DNA of 64,000 bases from an uncultured virus (IMG/VR IMGVR_UViG_3300029787_000004) (IMGVR_UViG_3300029787_000004), one strand, 5' to 3'; counted from the stretch's first letter, positions 43,818 to 54,566 are shown. A program made the numbers and translations. Notes: a model not told the origin generated them from the letters alone.

Positions 43818-45482
43818 ATGGATAATGGAATCTATCTTGGTAATCCCAATCTAAAAAAAGCAAATACTCAGATTGAGTATACTGAGGATCAAGTCCAGGA
43901 GATGATCAAGTGTCAAAGTGATCCTGTTTACTTTGCAAAGACATATGTAAAAATTGTCAACGTTGATGAAGGTCTTGTGCCTTTTGAAATGTGGCCTTTT
44001 CAAGAGAAACTTATCAATCGATTTCATGAAAATCGATTCAATATCTGCATGATGCCAAGACAGACTGGTAAGTCTACAACGTCTGTATCATACTTATTAC
44101 ATTATGCAGTTTTTAATAACAATGTAAATATTGGTATTCTTGCAAACAAAGCATCTACGGCAAGAGACCTTCTAGGTAGATTGCAGACAGCATATGAGAA
44201 TCTACCCAAGTGGATGCAACAGGGTATTCTTGCATGGAACAAAGGTAGTCTTGAATTAGAAAACGGTAGTAAGATTCTTGCGGCATCTACATCTGCTGCT
44301 GCCGTTCGTGGTATGTCATTTAATATTATCTTCTTGGACGAATTTGCGTTTGTTCCAAACCATATTGCTGACGACTTTTTTAGTTCAGTTTATCCTACGA
44401 TTTCATCTGGTAAGTCTACCAAGATTATTATCGTATCTACCCCCAAGGGTATGAACCACTTCTACCGCATGTGGCATGATGCGGAAAGAGAGCAGAATGA
44501 ATATGTTCCCACTCAGGTTCACTGGTCAGAAGTACCAGGTAGAGATGCCAAGTGGCGTGAGCAAACAATTAAGAACACATCAGAACAACAGTTCAAGGTT
44601 GAGTTTGAGTGTGAGTTCCTAGGATCTGTTGACACATTAATTGATCCAGCAAAATTAAGAAGTTTGGCGTATGAGGCTCCTAAGACTTCAAATAATAGTT
44701 TGGATGTATATGCTGATCCAGAAAAAGATCATGACTATGTTTGTACGGTTGACGTAGCAAGAGGTGTTGGAGAAGACTACTCTGCCTTCATCATTGTAGA
44801 TATTACATCTTTCCCACACAAAATTGTGGCAAAGTATAGAGACAATCATATCAAACCAATGTTGTTTCCTAATATTATCTACTCAACAGCTAAGGCATAT
44901 AATGAAGCGTTTATTCTTACTGAGGTAAATGACATTGGAGATCAGGTAGCAAGTATTTTGCAATATGATCTGGAATATCAAAATTTACTGATGTGTTCTA
45001 TGAGAGGTAGAGCTGGTCAGGTTGTTGGACAAGGATTTTCTGGAAGCAAGACTCAGTTAGGAGTCAAGATGTCCAAGACTGTTAAGAAGATTGGGTCTCT
45101 TAATTTGAAGACCATGATTGAAGCAGATAAAATTCTTTTTAAAGATTATAACGTTATTAGTGAACTAACTACCTTTATCTCAAAGAGTAATTCTTTTGAG
45201 GCAGAAGATGGATGTAATGATGACCTTGCTATGTGCTTGGTTATCTACGCTTGGTTAGTAGCACAGGATTATTTTAAAGAACTAACTGACCAAGATGTTC
45301 GCAAAAGACTCTACGAGGAACAGAAGAATCAAATTGAACAAGACATGGCACCATTTGGATTCTTAGATGACGGTATAAATGATGAATCCAGTTTTGTTGA
45401 TAGTGATGGTGATAGATGGCATCTTGACGGCACCTATGGTGATGCACAAGGTGGTGCTGATTATATGTGGAACTATCTGTAA
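43818..45482 (+). CDS. gp17: terminase large subunit gp17
   Basis: YLGNPNLKK, PRQTGKS (Walker A), IFLDEFAF (Walker B), DVARG, DDLAM; start set at ATG 43818. Confidence 0.97.
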   Translation: MDNGIYLGNPNLKKANTQIEYTEDQVQEMIKCQSDPVYFAKTYVKIVNVDEGLVPFEMWPFQEKLINRFHENRFNICMMPRQTGKSTTSVSYLLHYAVFNNNVNIGILANKASTARDLLGRLQTAYENLPKWMQQGILAWNKGSLELENGSKILAASTSAAAVRGMSFNIIFLDEFAFVPNHIADDFFSSVYPTISSGKSTKIIIVSTPKGMNHFYRMWHDAEREQNEYVPTQVHWSEVPGRDAKWREQTIKNTSEQQFKVEFECEFLGSVDTLIDPAKLRSLAYEAPKTSNNSLDVYADPEKDHDYVCTVDVARGVGEDYSAFIIVDITSFPHKIVAKYRDNHIKPMLFPNIIYSTAKAYNEAFILTEVNDIGDQVASILQYDLEYQNLLMCSMRGRAGQVVGQGFSGSKTQLGVKMSKTVKKIGSLNLKTMIEADKILFKDYNVISELTTFISKSNSFEAEDGCNDDLAMCLVIYAWLVAQDYFKELTDQDVRKRLYEEQKNQIEQDMAPFGFLDDGINDESSFVDSDGDRWHLDGTYGDAQGGADYMWNYL

Positions 45483-45712
45483 TGGACTTAGACGATCAAA
45501 TTAGTCTTGGACACTTTCTCCTCAATGATAGAACTTGCAAAATTTGCGGAGAAACGAAAAATTTAGTTGAGGGATTTTACAGAACTAGAAAGGATAAAGG
45601 TCCGGTTCCATCATCATATGCATATGAATGCAAGGAGTGTACAAAAAAGAGAATCTTGAAACACAGGAAGGCACACAACTACTTCAAAGAGTGGAAATAT
45701 CCTGATTGGTAG
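45482..45712 (+). CDS. small zinc-finger protein (CxxC...CxxC)
   Basis: CKICGETKNL..FY...ECKEC; TAATG coupling to gp17. Confidence 0.7.
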   Translation: MDLDDQISLGHFLLNDRTCKICGETKNLVEGFYRTRKDKGPVPSSYAYECKECTKKRILKHRKAHNYFKEWKYPDW

Positions 45713-45794
45713 GTATTCACGTCTCAGTTCCCCCTCTCAAAACATTCAAAACAATAAATATTCTTAGACAAATATGGACCTAACGGAGTAAACA

Positions 45795-48032
45795 ATGGCA
45801 GTAGCATTATTGTCTCCTGGTGTACTAATTAGAGAGGTTGACCTCACTGTTGGTAGAGCCGAGAACGTTTTAGATAATATTGGTGGCATTTGCGGACCTT
45901 TCCAAAAGGGTCCTGTTGATGAGTGCTATACTGTTGAGACAGAGCAAGAGTTAATCGAAGTATATGGTAAACCGATCAGCACTGATGCCCAATATGAATA
46001 TTGGATGAGTGCTAGTTCTTTCCTTACCTATGGCGGTGTTCTTAAAGTTGTAAGAACTGATGGCGCAACTCTTAATAACGCTAATGCCGGTAACGATGTA
46101 TATGCAGATACAAGTTTAAAAATTAAAAATTATGATGATTATAGCGAGAACTATCAGACAGATACTGGTTGGAACTACGCTGCTAAAACTCCCGGTAAAT
46201 GGGCAAACGGTCTGAAACTTTGTTTCATCGATGACTTTGCAGACCAAACTGTTGGTGTTACTACTAGCAGTCTTGCTGGCATGGGTATCACCGTTGGTTA
46301 TGGTGTTACCGTTGGTCTTACGAACTTGGTAGTTCCTAATTCCGCCACTGGTACACTTTCCACAGTCACAACCGGATATCTGAAAGGTATTGTTACTGGC
46401 GTTAAGACAGACTCCACTGGTAGCAATTCATCTTTCGATGTTAAGTGGACAGATAGAATTAACGCTGTTGGTGTTGGATCTACTGCAACTAAGATTTCAT
46501 ACGCTAAGAACGATCCAGCAGCATCTCTTTCTGTTGGTAGCACCGTTCAATCTGACGATAACCTCTTCTTCAATCAAGCAAGTGGTGCTGTTGCAAACTC
46601 TACGATCTATGCTACTGGTATTGATGCAGTCACAGCAGTTGACTGGTATGATCAGCAACAACTCCCAATCGACAATGGAACTGTATTCTGGAAATCGATT
46701 GCTCCACGTCCTGTAACCAATAACTACGTTTCTGAGCGTCAAGGTTACAACGATGGCATGAACATCTGTATCGTTGATGATGACGGTGCTGTAACTGGTA
46801 TTCAAGGCAACATTGTTGAGAAATTCTCTTCACTGTCCAAAGCACTTGATACTGTTTCCTCTGTAAATGCCCCTCAGAAAATCTGGTATAAGGACTTCCT
46901 TGCTGATTTCTCTGGATATGCATACGCTGGTTACAACCCATCCAGTGACGAAGATTCTTTCTGGGGCACTGTTCCCAGAGCAACTGGTTTCGCTACACAC
47001 TTCACGCCTCTTTCGACTGGCGAAGGTCTCTGGGGTCAGAACGCTCAGGGCATTACTTACGCTGCTTTGGGTAACGTTGGTTACGCATTCAGTGGCGGTG
47101 TTGATTACAGCGCAACTGGTGGACACAAAGCAACGTTAGGTGATCTAATTACTTCATACAACCTCTTCAAGAATAAGGAAGAGTTGGAAGTTGATTACCT
47201 GATCATGGGTCCATCAATCAACGGCGTTGAAGAGTCCCAAGCTAAGGCAAACCGACTCATCTCTATTGCCGAAGCAAGACAAGACTGCGTTGCAGTTGTT
47301 TCTCCCCACAGATCTGGTGTTGTTGGTGTTATCGATGATGACACTCAAACTTCAAACATCTTGAAGTTTGCTAACGGAGTTAAGTCTTCCTCCTACGGCA
47401 TCATTGATTCTGGTTATAAGTACACTTATGACCGCTTTAATAACACCTTCCGTTATATCCCAACGAATGGTGACGTTGCTGGTCTCATGACCCGTACTAA
47501 TATTAGAGCATTCCCTTGGTTCTCACCTGCTGGGCAGCAGCGTGGCGTACTAAACAATGCTGTTAAACTGGCATTCAATCCCAATCAAAATCAGAGAGAC
47601 GAACTTTATCAGGCACGTGTGAACCCGATTTCATTCCAACCTGGTATTGGTATTCTTCTCTTTGGTGATAAGACTGCCCTTGGTTATGCCTCCGCGTTCG
47701 ATAGAATCAACGTTAGGCGTCTGTTCCTTACTGTGGAGCAAGCCTTAGAGGGAGCTGCGAAAGCTCAACTATTTGAACTCAACGATGAAATTACGAGAGC
47801 AAACTTCGTAAACATTGTCGAACCTTATCTACGTGACGTTCAGGCGAAGAGAGGAATCTATGACTTCCTCGTTATTTGTGACGAAACGAATAACACTCCT
47901 GACATCATTGACAACAACGAGTTCAGAGCGGACATCTTCCTGAAACCCGCCAAGTCTATCAACTACGTCTCCCTCACATTTGTTGCCACCAGAACTGGTG
48001 TTAGCTTCGAGGAAGTCGCTGGTAGAGTCTGA
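45795..48032 (+). CDS. gp18: tail sheath protein gp18
   Basis: LSPGVLIREVDLT, PWFSPAG, FDRINVRRLF, KPAKSINY; ATAAATA at 45754. Confidence 0.97.
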   Translation: MAVALLSPGVLIREVDLTVGRAENVLDNIGGICGPFQKGPVDECYTVETEQELIEVYGKPISTDAQYEYWMSASSFLTYGGVLKVVRTDGATLNNANAGNDVYADTSLKIKNYDDYSENYQTDTGWNYAAKTPGKWANGLKLCFIDDFADQTVGVTTSSLAGMGITVGYGVTVGLTNLVVPNSATGTLSTVTTGYLKGIVTGVKTDSTGSNSSFDVKWTDRINAVGVGSTATKISYAKNDPAASLSVGSTVQSDDNLFFNQASGAVANSTIYATGIDAVTAVDWYDQQQLPIDNGTVFWKSIAPRPVTNNYVSERQGYNDGMNICIVDDDGAVTGIQGNIVEKFSSLSKALDTVSSVNAPQKIWYKDFLADFSGYAYAGYNPSSDEDSFWGTVPRATGFATHFTPLSTGEGLWGQNAQGITYAALGNVGYAFSGGVDYSATGGHKATLGDLITSYNLFKNKEELEVDYLIMGPSINGVEESQAKANRLISIAEARQDCVAVVSPHRSGVVGVIDDDTQTSNILKFANGVKSSSYGIIDSGYKYTYDRFNNTFRYIPTNGDVAGLMTRTNIRAFPWFSPAGQQRGVLNNAVKLAFNPNQNQRDELYQARVNPISFQPGIGILLFGDKTALGYASAFDRINVRRLFLTVEQALEGAAKAQLFELNDEITRANFVNIVEPYLRDVQAKRGIYDFLVICDETNNTPDIIDNNEFRADIFLKPAKSINYVSLTFVATRTGVSFEEVAGRV

Positions 48033-48076
48033 TCTTAAATCCCTCACTTAACGAAGATTTCTAGGAGCATAACAAA

Positions 48077-48709
48077 ATGGCCGAAGCACCGCAAATTAAG
48101 ACTCTATCAAATTTTAAGTCTACTCTCAAAGGGGGCGGCGCACGCCCCAATCTGTTTGAGGTAACTATTCCCGAGTTTCCCTCATATGTCACCAAAGATG
48201 GTGAGATGTTGAAAGACCTTTCCTTCATGTGTAAGGCAGCAAACCTTCCTGCATCTAACGTTGCATCTATCGATGTTCCTTTCAGAGGTCGCACTCTGAA
48301 AGTTGCTGGCGATAGAACGTTCGATCCTTGGACCCTCACCATCATCAATGATGAGGACTTCAAGATTCGCCACGCAATGGAAATGTGGATGAATGGTATT
48401 AGTAAGTTGTCGAATAATACCGGCGCTTCTAATCCAAACTCTTACATGACTGATGCTTATGTTTATCAGTTAGGTAGAGGTTCGTCTGGTCAGATTGAAA
48501 CCACGACTGCTGTTCCTGATGCAGGTCAGGGAAGAATCCAAACCACCAAAGCAAACGTTCTGAGATCATATCGTTTCTACGATATCTTCCCAACTGCTGT
48601 ATCTGAGATTGCTCTTGGATATGACACTGAGAACACGATTGAAGAGTTCACTGTTGAATTCCAAGTTCAATACTTCGAAGTTGCTGGTGGTCCTGGCGCA
48701 CTTAACTAA
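48077..48709 (+). CDS. gp19: tail tube protein gp19
   Basis: GGGARPNLFEV, FRGRTLKVAGDRTF, IEEFTVEFQVQY. Confidence 0.96.
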   Translation: MAEAPQIKTLSNFKSTLKGGGARPNLFEVTIPEFPSYVTKDGEMLKDLSFMCKAANLPASNVASIDVPFRGRTLKVAGDRTFDPWTLTIINDEDFKIRHAMEMWMNGISKLSNNTGASNPNSYMTDAYVYQLGRGSSGQIETTTAVPDAGQGRIQTTKANVLRSYRFYDIFPTAVSEIALGYDTENTIEEFTVEFQVQYFEVAGGPGALN

Positions 48710-48739
48710 ATAACTATATACTAGTCAACGAATATTATA

Positions 48740-50416
48740 ATGGCAAAACTGTTTGGTTTTTCTATTGAAGATTCCGAAGAGGAATCTAAATCAGTGGTCA
48801 GTCCCGTTCCTCCCGCACAGGAGGATGGGAATGACCACTATGTCACGTCTGGATTTTTTGGTTCTTACGTTGATATCGAAGGAACATTTAAAACTGAGAT
48901 TGATTTAATTCGTCGTTATAGAGAGATGGCTCTCCACCCAGAAGTGGATAGTGCGATTGAAGATATTGTAAACGAAGCTGTTGTAAGCGACCTTAATGAT
49001 AGTCCCGTTGAAATTGAACTATCAAACCTCAATGCTTCGGACGGAATTAAGAAAACTATTAGACAAGAATTTAAAAATATTAAAGATCTTTTAGATTTTG
49101 ATAAAAAATCTCACGAGATTTATCGTAACTGGTATATTGACGGTAGATTATATTACCATAAAGTTATTGACTTAAAGGCACCAAACGAAGGAATCAAAGA
49201 ACTTCGTTATATTGACGCAGCAAAGATGAAATTTGTTCGTCATGCAAAGCAACAGAATAAAGAACTAGGTGTCAGGAAGCAGGAACTGTCTTCTCTTGAT
49301 ATGGCATTTCCAGAATTGGAAGAATACTTTGTTTATACACCAAAACTAAATCAACCCATGTCTAACATGGGAGCATCTAGTGATCAAAAGGGTGTAAAAT
49401 TTTCAAAAGATTCTATCACCTATTGCACCTCAGGATTAGTTGATAGAAATAAAGGATCAACCCTATCATATCTCCACAAGTCAATTAAAGCTCTCAATCA
49501 ACTTAGAATGATTGAGGATTCTCTTGTGATCTATCGTTTATCAAGAGCACCTGAGCGTCGTATTTTCTATATTGATGTTGGTAATCTTCCCAAGGTAAAG
49601 GCAGAACAGTATCTGCGTGATGTGATGTCACGTTATCGTAACAAGTTAGTGTACAATGCTAACACTGGTGAGATTCGTGATGATAAAAAAATGATGTCGA
49701 TGATGGAGGACTTCTGGTTACCTCGTCGTGAAGGTGGTCGTGGTACTGAGATCACAACTCTTCCAGGTGGTCAAAACCTAGGAGAGATTACTGATATTGA
49801 ATATTTCAAGAAGAAACTTTATAAGGCACTTAACGTTCCTATCTCTCGTATTGAGGGTGATGGTGGATTTAACCTTGGTCGTTCTTCTGAAATTTTAAGA
49901 GACGAACTCAAATTTAGTAAGTTTGTTGGTCGTTTGAGAAAGAGATTCTCAGCAATGTTCTTGGACATGTTGAAAACTCAACTGTTGCTCAAAAACGTTG
50001 TCACTCCCGAAGATTGGGAAGTGATGAGTGAGCACATTCAATTTGATTTCCTCTATGATAACCACTTCTCTGAACTCAAAGAAGCAGAACTCATGGAGAA
50101 TAGAATTAATTTGGCAACTTTGGCAGAACCTTATATTGGCAAATACTATTCACAAGATTATGTACGACGTAAGATCATTCGTCAAACTGATGCTGACATT
50201 CTCGAAGAGGATGCAAAGATCGATCAGGAAATCAAAGACGGTATTATTGTTGACCCATTAGAGGCAGCAATGGCCGTTGATGGTTTTGAACCTGGTCAAC
50301 AACAACCACAGGAAGGCGCTGTTTCTAGTAGTCCGGCACTTGGTGCAACACCCAAAGAACCAGATTTAGAGAAGCAAGGTAAGAAGACCGAAGCACCCGA
50401 AGGTGGAGAAATATAA
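48740..50416 (+). CDS. gp20: portal vertex protein gp20
   Basis: RAPERRIFYIDVGNLPK, EDFWLPRREGGRGTEITTLPGG. Confidence 0.98.
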   Translation: MAKLFGFSIEDSEEESKSVVSPVPPAQEDGNDHYVTSGFFGSYVDIEGTFKTEIDLIRRYREMALHPEVDSAIEDIVNEAVVSDLNDSPVEIELSNLNASDGIKKTIRQEFKNIKDLLDFDKKSHEIYRNWYIDGRLYYHKVIDLKAPNEGIKELRYIDAAKMKFVRHAKQQNKELGVRKQELSSLDMAFPELEEYFVYTPKLNQPMSNMGASSDQKGVKFSKDSITYCTSGLVDRNKGSTLSYLHKSIKALNQLRMIEDSLVIYRLSRAPERRIFYIDVGNLPKVKAEQYLRDVMSRYRNKLVYNANTGEIRDDKKMMSMMEDFWLPRREGGRGTEITTLPGGQNLGEITDIEYFKKKLYKALNVPISRIEGDGGFNLGRSSEILRDELKFSKFVGRLRKRFSAMFLDMLKTQLLLKNVVTPEDWEVMSEHIQFDFLYDNHFSELKEAELMENRINLATLAEPYIGKYYSQDYVRRKIIRQTDADILEEDAKIDQEIKDGIIVDPLEAAMAVDGFEPGQQQPQEGAVSSSPALGATPKEPDLEKQGKKTEAPEGGEI

Positions 50417-50447
50417 ATAACTTATAGTCTTAGTATATTACTAAACA

Positions 50448-50636
50448 ATGGAAGAATTAATGGATCTTATGGTGACTGGTGAATCTGGTTCTGAGGTTTC
50501 AGATAAAATCAAAGAAATTCTGTATGCAAAAGCAGCAGAACGAGTTGAAAATCTTAAACCTAATGCATCGGCAGGTCTCTTCGATAACGAAGAAGGTGAA
50601 GACAACATTGAAACGGAAACAGAGGAAGAGGAGTAA
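50448..50636 (+). CDS. small acidic prohead-core-type protein (gp67-like position)
   Basis: Between gp20 and gp21; TATAAATA at 50412. Confidence 0.65.
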   Translation: MEELMDLMVTGESGSEVSDKIKEILYAKAAERVENLKPNASAGLFDNEEGEDNIETETEEEE

Positions 50637-51214
50637 TGGCTCACAATCCAATCGCAGATAGTGGAACTACATTAGCAAGTGCCAGTGGTGCATCGTCACA
50701 ATCTAGTGCGATGGCAGTTAAAACTGATTCTTTGAGAATCACTAATAACGGCACTAGAAATGTCAACGTTGCTATTGGAACAAATCCAACAGCGACTACA
50801 AATGATTACAGTGTTTCTAAACAGGAAACAGAGATTTTGAGTCTTACTCCCAAATCTCAACCAGTTATTGGCATCACTACCGGAACATCAACCACCCTTC
50901 ATTTTCCAGAAGGAACTGGTTGTGCTTTTAATGTTGGTGACACTGTTTCTGTTACTGGACTTACTCCTTCCTCTTTAAATTTCTCGCATAAACCAGTTCA
51001 GAGTGTATTAGTTAACGCTTCCTCTCAACCTGGATACTTCTCTACTCGTGCTGTTATCACTCATGATAGTAGTGCATCTACTGTTGGTGGTGCTAGCACT
51101 GCGACATTTAATGGTGGTATGGTTAGAAATTCTATAAAAGCCAGCATCTTCTCTGATGGTACTGGTTCTACTGTTAACTTTATTCAAATTCAAGCAGCCG
51201 GAGGCGGATCCTAA
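50636..51214 (+). CDS. hypothetical virion-associated protein (192 aa)
   Basis: TAATG coupling on both sides; Ser/Thr/Gly-rich beta character. Confidence 0.75.
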   Translation: MAHNPIADSGTTLASASGASSQSSAMAVKTDSLRITNNGTRNVNVAIGTNPTATTNDYSVSKQETEILSLTPKSQPVIGITTGTSTTLHFPEGTGCAFNVGDTVSVTGLTPSSLNFSHKPVQSVLVNASSQPGYFSTRAVITHDSSASTVGGASTATFNGGMVRNSIKASIFSDGTGSTVNFIQIQAAGGGS

Positions 51215-51864
51215 TGAAACTCATCACAGAAGAGATTGAATCAGTTGAGTTTCTTGTTGAATCGAGAGGTGGCAAGAAGTCGATGTATATCGAGGGAGTA
51301 TTCCTCCAAGGAAACATCAAGAACCGTAATGGTCGTATGTATCCTATGGAGACACTTCGTCGTGAAGTTGGTAGATATAATGAGAATCATGTTGCCAAAG
51401 GTAGAGCCCTTGGTGAACTTGGTCACCCCGAAGGTCCTACTGTAAACCTTGATAGAGTTTCTCATAAGATTGTATCTCTTAGAGAAAATGGTTCCAACTT
51501 TATTGGTAAGGCAAAAATCCTTAACACCCCAATGGGTAAGATTGCTGCCTCTCTGGTAGAAGAAGGTGTCAAACTCGGTGTCTCTTCCCGTGGAATTGGT
51601 TCTTTGAAAATGACACGTGAAGGTGTCAATGTTGTTGGTGATGATTTTATGTTGGCAACTGCTGCTGACATCGTTGCAGATCCTTCTGCTCCTGATGCTT
51701 TTGTTGAAGGTATTATGGAAGGAAAAGATTGGGTATGGGATGGTAGTATTCTTCGTGAGAAGTATGCTCAAAAAACATATGCAACGATTAACACCCTAGT
51801 TGATCAGAAAAAACTCGATGAAAATAAATTAAATTTATTTAACGAGTTCTTGAAAAATATTTAA
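51214..51864 (+). CDS. gp21: prohead core protease gp21
   Basis: MKLITE, NRNGRMY, GELGHP, GVSSRG, DIVADPSAPDAFV. Confidence 0.97.
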   Translation: MKLITEEIESVEFLVESRGGKKSMYIEGVFLQGNIKNRNGRMYPMETLRREVGRYNENHVAKGRALGELGHPEGPTVNLDRVSHKIVSLRENGSNFIGKAKILNTPMGKIAASLVEEGVKLGVSSRGIGSLKMTREGVNVVGDDFMLATAADIVADPSAPDAFVEGIMEGKDWVWDGSILREKYAQKTYATINTLVDQKKLDENKLNLFNEFLKNI

Positions 51865-51927
51865 ATACATTTAAATATAAATAAATAAAGATAATACCAA
51901 TACAGGTTTATTACGGAGTAGCTACAA

Positions 51928-53025
51928 ATGTCACGTGGAAAATCACTACAAGAAATGGAAGTAAAGACACAGCAATCCCGCACCGCTGTTAATTCAGGCG
52001 CAAAAGCGGGTGATCCTATGCCAACAATGGCGGATCCTGGAACTCAATTAGGTTCTGTTGAAGATCTCGGAGGTCCAACCCCTGAGAACTACAAACCCGA
52101 TGATGATTCAGCGAAGCTGAAAACTCCCGGTGGCAGCTTAAAGCAAGTATCCGATGTTGTAAACAAAGGTGCTGGTAAAGCAGACTCTACTCCTACAATG
52201 AAAAAAGAAGAAGAAGAACTCGATACCGAAGCAACTATTGAAGAAGACCAAGAAGTCTCTGATGAAGTTGTTGCTGAGGAAGAGATGGCAGAAGATACCA
52301 TTGACGTTGAAGAAGACGTTAATGCTCTCCTCGGTGGTGAAGAACTTTCCGAGGAATTCAGAGAAAAGGCAAAGACCATCTTTGAAGCTGCACTGAAATC
52401 CAAGATTTCTGATATCAAAGAGCAATTAGAAGCACAGTATTCTGTTGCACTTGGCGAAGAAGTCGAAGAAATGAAGGTTGAACTTCAAGAGCGTGTTGAT
52501 TCATACTTGGAATATGTCGCTGATGAGTGGCTCCAAGAGAATGAACTGGCTGTTGAACGTGGCCTTAAAACTGAAATGACTGAATCCTTCATGGAAGGTA
52601 TGAAGTCACTATTTGAAGAACATTATGTATCAATCCCTGAGGAAAAATATGATGTCTTGTCTGCAATGACGGACAAGTTAGATGACATGGAGACTAAACT
52701 CAACGAGCAAATCGAAAAGAACATTGGTTTAAACAAGAGACTCGGTGAGTCTGTTGCAACCAGTATCCTTAGCGATGTATCCGAAGGTCTTGCACAGACC
52801 CAGAAAGAAAAGCTTGCCTCGCTTGCCGAAGGTGTAGAGTTTGAAAGTGAAGAATCGTTCAAAGAGAAACTGACCACCCTGAGAGAATCTTATTTCTCTG
52901 AAACTAAGGCAGTACCTCAATCATCCGCTGATACAATTTCTGAGGGTGTAGACGCCATTGATGCACCAGCACCAGGTGGCATGACATCTTACTTGGATAT
53001 TCTCAGCAAGATGAATACTAAGTGA
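51928..53025 (+). CDS. gp22: prohead scaffold protein gp22
   Basis: Acidic coiled coil; FREKAKTIFEAA, VDSYLEYV; TATAAATA at 51876. Confidence 0.93.
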   Translation: MSRGKSLQEMEVKTQQSRTAVNSGAKAGDPMPTMADPGTQLGSVEDLGGPTPENYKPDDDSAKLKTPGGSLKQVSDVVNKGAGKADSTPTMKKEEEELDTEATIEEDQEVSDEVVAEEEMAEDTIDVEEDVNALLGGEELSEEFREKAKTIFEAALKSKISDIKEQLEAQYSVALGEEVEEMKVELQERVDSYLEYVADEWLQENELAVERGLKTEMTESFMEGMKSLFEEHYVSIPEEKYDVLSAMTDKLDDMETKLNEQIEKNIGLNKRLGESVATSILSDVSEGLAQTQKEKLASLAEGVEFESEESFKEKLTTLRESYFSETKAVPQSSADTISEGVDAIDAPAPGGMTSYLDILSKMNTK

Positions 53026-53066
53026 ATTTAACATTAATTAAAACTTTTAACTTTTAGGTAAATCCA

Positions 53067-54485
53067 ATGTTCCAATCTGAGCATCTGGTAGAAAAGTGGA
53101 AGCCCCTTCTGGATCATGACGGTGGTATCACCGACAATCACAGAAGATCTGTAACCGCAGTTCTGCTCGAAAACCAAGAAAAATTCCTCAAAGAGGAAGC
53201 AGCGTTCTCATCGGGCCAGTCCCTGATGGAAACCCCATCAATCAACACCAACAGCAGCACCTCAGCTGCCGGTTTTAGCGCAGACGCTACCGCCGCTGGT
53301 CCTGTTGCTGGTTTCGACCCCGTTCTGATCTCCTTGATCAGACGCGCAATGCCTAACTTGGTCGCATATGACCTTGCTGGCGTTCAACCGATGAACGGTC
53401 CTACTGGACTGATCTTCGCAATGCGCTCCCGCTATGCCGCTCCTGGTACACCAGGCATGGATGGCGCTGAGGCATTCTACAACGAAGCTGATACCGCATT
53501 CTCCGGTCAGAATCATGGCTTCGGCAATGCTGACTACTTCTCTGATGTAGCCGCCGGTTTCGGTACTACTTCACAGTCTGGCACCAACCCTTCTGCTCTC
53601 AACCCTGTATCCGCTGGTTCTTCCGCTGGTTACAACGTTGGTCAGGGCATGGGCACCGCCGATGCAGAAGCACTTAACACCAAGGCTGGTGCTGAGGCTT
53701 TCAACGAAATGGCATTCTCGATCGAGAAAGTCACCGTAACCGCCAAGTCACGTGCTCTGAAAGCAGAGTATTCCTTGGAACTGGCACAAGACCTTAAAGC
53801 AATTCATGGTCTTAACGCCGAGGCTGAACTCGCCAACATTCTCTCCACTGAGATTCTTGCTGAGATCAACCGTGAAGTCATCCGCTCGATCTATAAGGTC
53901 GCAGAAGTGGGTGCAACCGTCAACACCGCAACCGCTGGTGAGTTCAACCTTGACGTTGACTCCAATGGTCGTTGGTCTGTTGAGAAGTTCAAGGGTCTTC
54001 TCTTCCAAATCGAGCGTGATGCTAACGCAATCGCACAAAGAACTCGTCGCGGAAAGGGCAACATCATCATGACCAGTGCCGACGTTGCGTCTGCTCTGAC
54101 CATGGCTGGTGTGCTTGATTACACCCCTGCGCTCAACGCAAACCTCAACGTTGATGACACCGGCAACACCTTTGCTGGCACCATCAATGGCAAGTATAGA
54201 GTCTACATTGACCCTTATGCTGCTAACGTTGCTGCTAACCAGTATTACGTCGTAGGTTACAAGGGTTCTTCCCCTTATGACGCTGGTCTGTTCTACTGTC
54301 CTTACGTTCCTCTCCAAATGGTTCGCGCCGTTGGTGAGAACTCCTTCCAGCCCAAAATTGGCTTCAAGACCCGCTATGGTCTCGTTGCTAACCCATTCGC
54401 TGAGGGAACAAACCAGGGTCTCGGTAACCTTAATCCTTCTGCTAACCGCTACTATCGTCGCGTCAAGGTCACGAACCTGATGTGA
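53067..54485 (+). CDS. gp23: major capsid protein gp23
   Basis: LIRRAMPNL, VQPMNGPTGLIFAMR, SRALKAEYSLELAQDLKAIHG, FQPKIGFKTRYG. Confidence 0.99.
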   Translation: MFQSEHLVEKWKPLLDHDGGITDNHRRSVTAVLLENQEKFLKEEAAFSSGQSLMETPSINTNSSTSAAGFSADATAAGPVAGFDPVLISLIRRAMPNLVAYDLAGVQPMNGPTGLIFAMRSRYAAPGTPGMDGAEAFYNEADTAFSGQNHGFGNADYFSDVAAGFGTTSQSGTNPSALNPVSAGSSAGYNVGQGMGTADAEALNTKAGAEAFNEMAFSIEKVTVTAKSRALKAEYSLELAQDLKAIHGLNAEAELANILSTEILAEINREVIRSIYKVAEVGATVNTATAGEFNLDVDSNGRWSVEKFKGLLFQIERDANAIAQRTRRGKGNIIMTSADVASALTMAGVLDYTPALNANLNVDDTGNTFAGTINGKYRVYIDPYAANVAANQYYVVGYKGSSPYDAGLFYCPYVPLQMVRAVGENSFQPKIGFKTRYGLVANPFAEGTNQGLGNLNPSANRYYRRVKVTNLM

Positions 54486-54511
54486 TATATACTTCTGTGT
54501 GAAGGAAGTGC

Positions 54512-54538
54512 AAGGGGGTCTTCGGACCCCCTTTTTTT
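54512..54538 (+). terminator. Rho-independent terminator after gp23
   Basis: AAGGGGGTC-TTCG-GACCCCCTT stem with C(UUCG)G loop followed by a T run. Confidence 0.93.
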
Positions 54539-54566
54539 GTCTAAATAAGTTGTATGAATAAATGAT

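Noticed and set aside
6027..48373. Many 60-130 aa ORFs nested in or antisense to structural genes
   Set aside because: Fully contained in well-supported long genes, with compositions typical of off-frame reads
51241..54317. Long minus-strand ORFs 51241..51771 (176 aa) and 53748..54317 (189 aa)
   Set aside because: Antisense shadows of gp21 and gp23 explained by codon bias; no motifs or promoters
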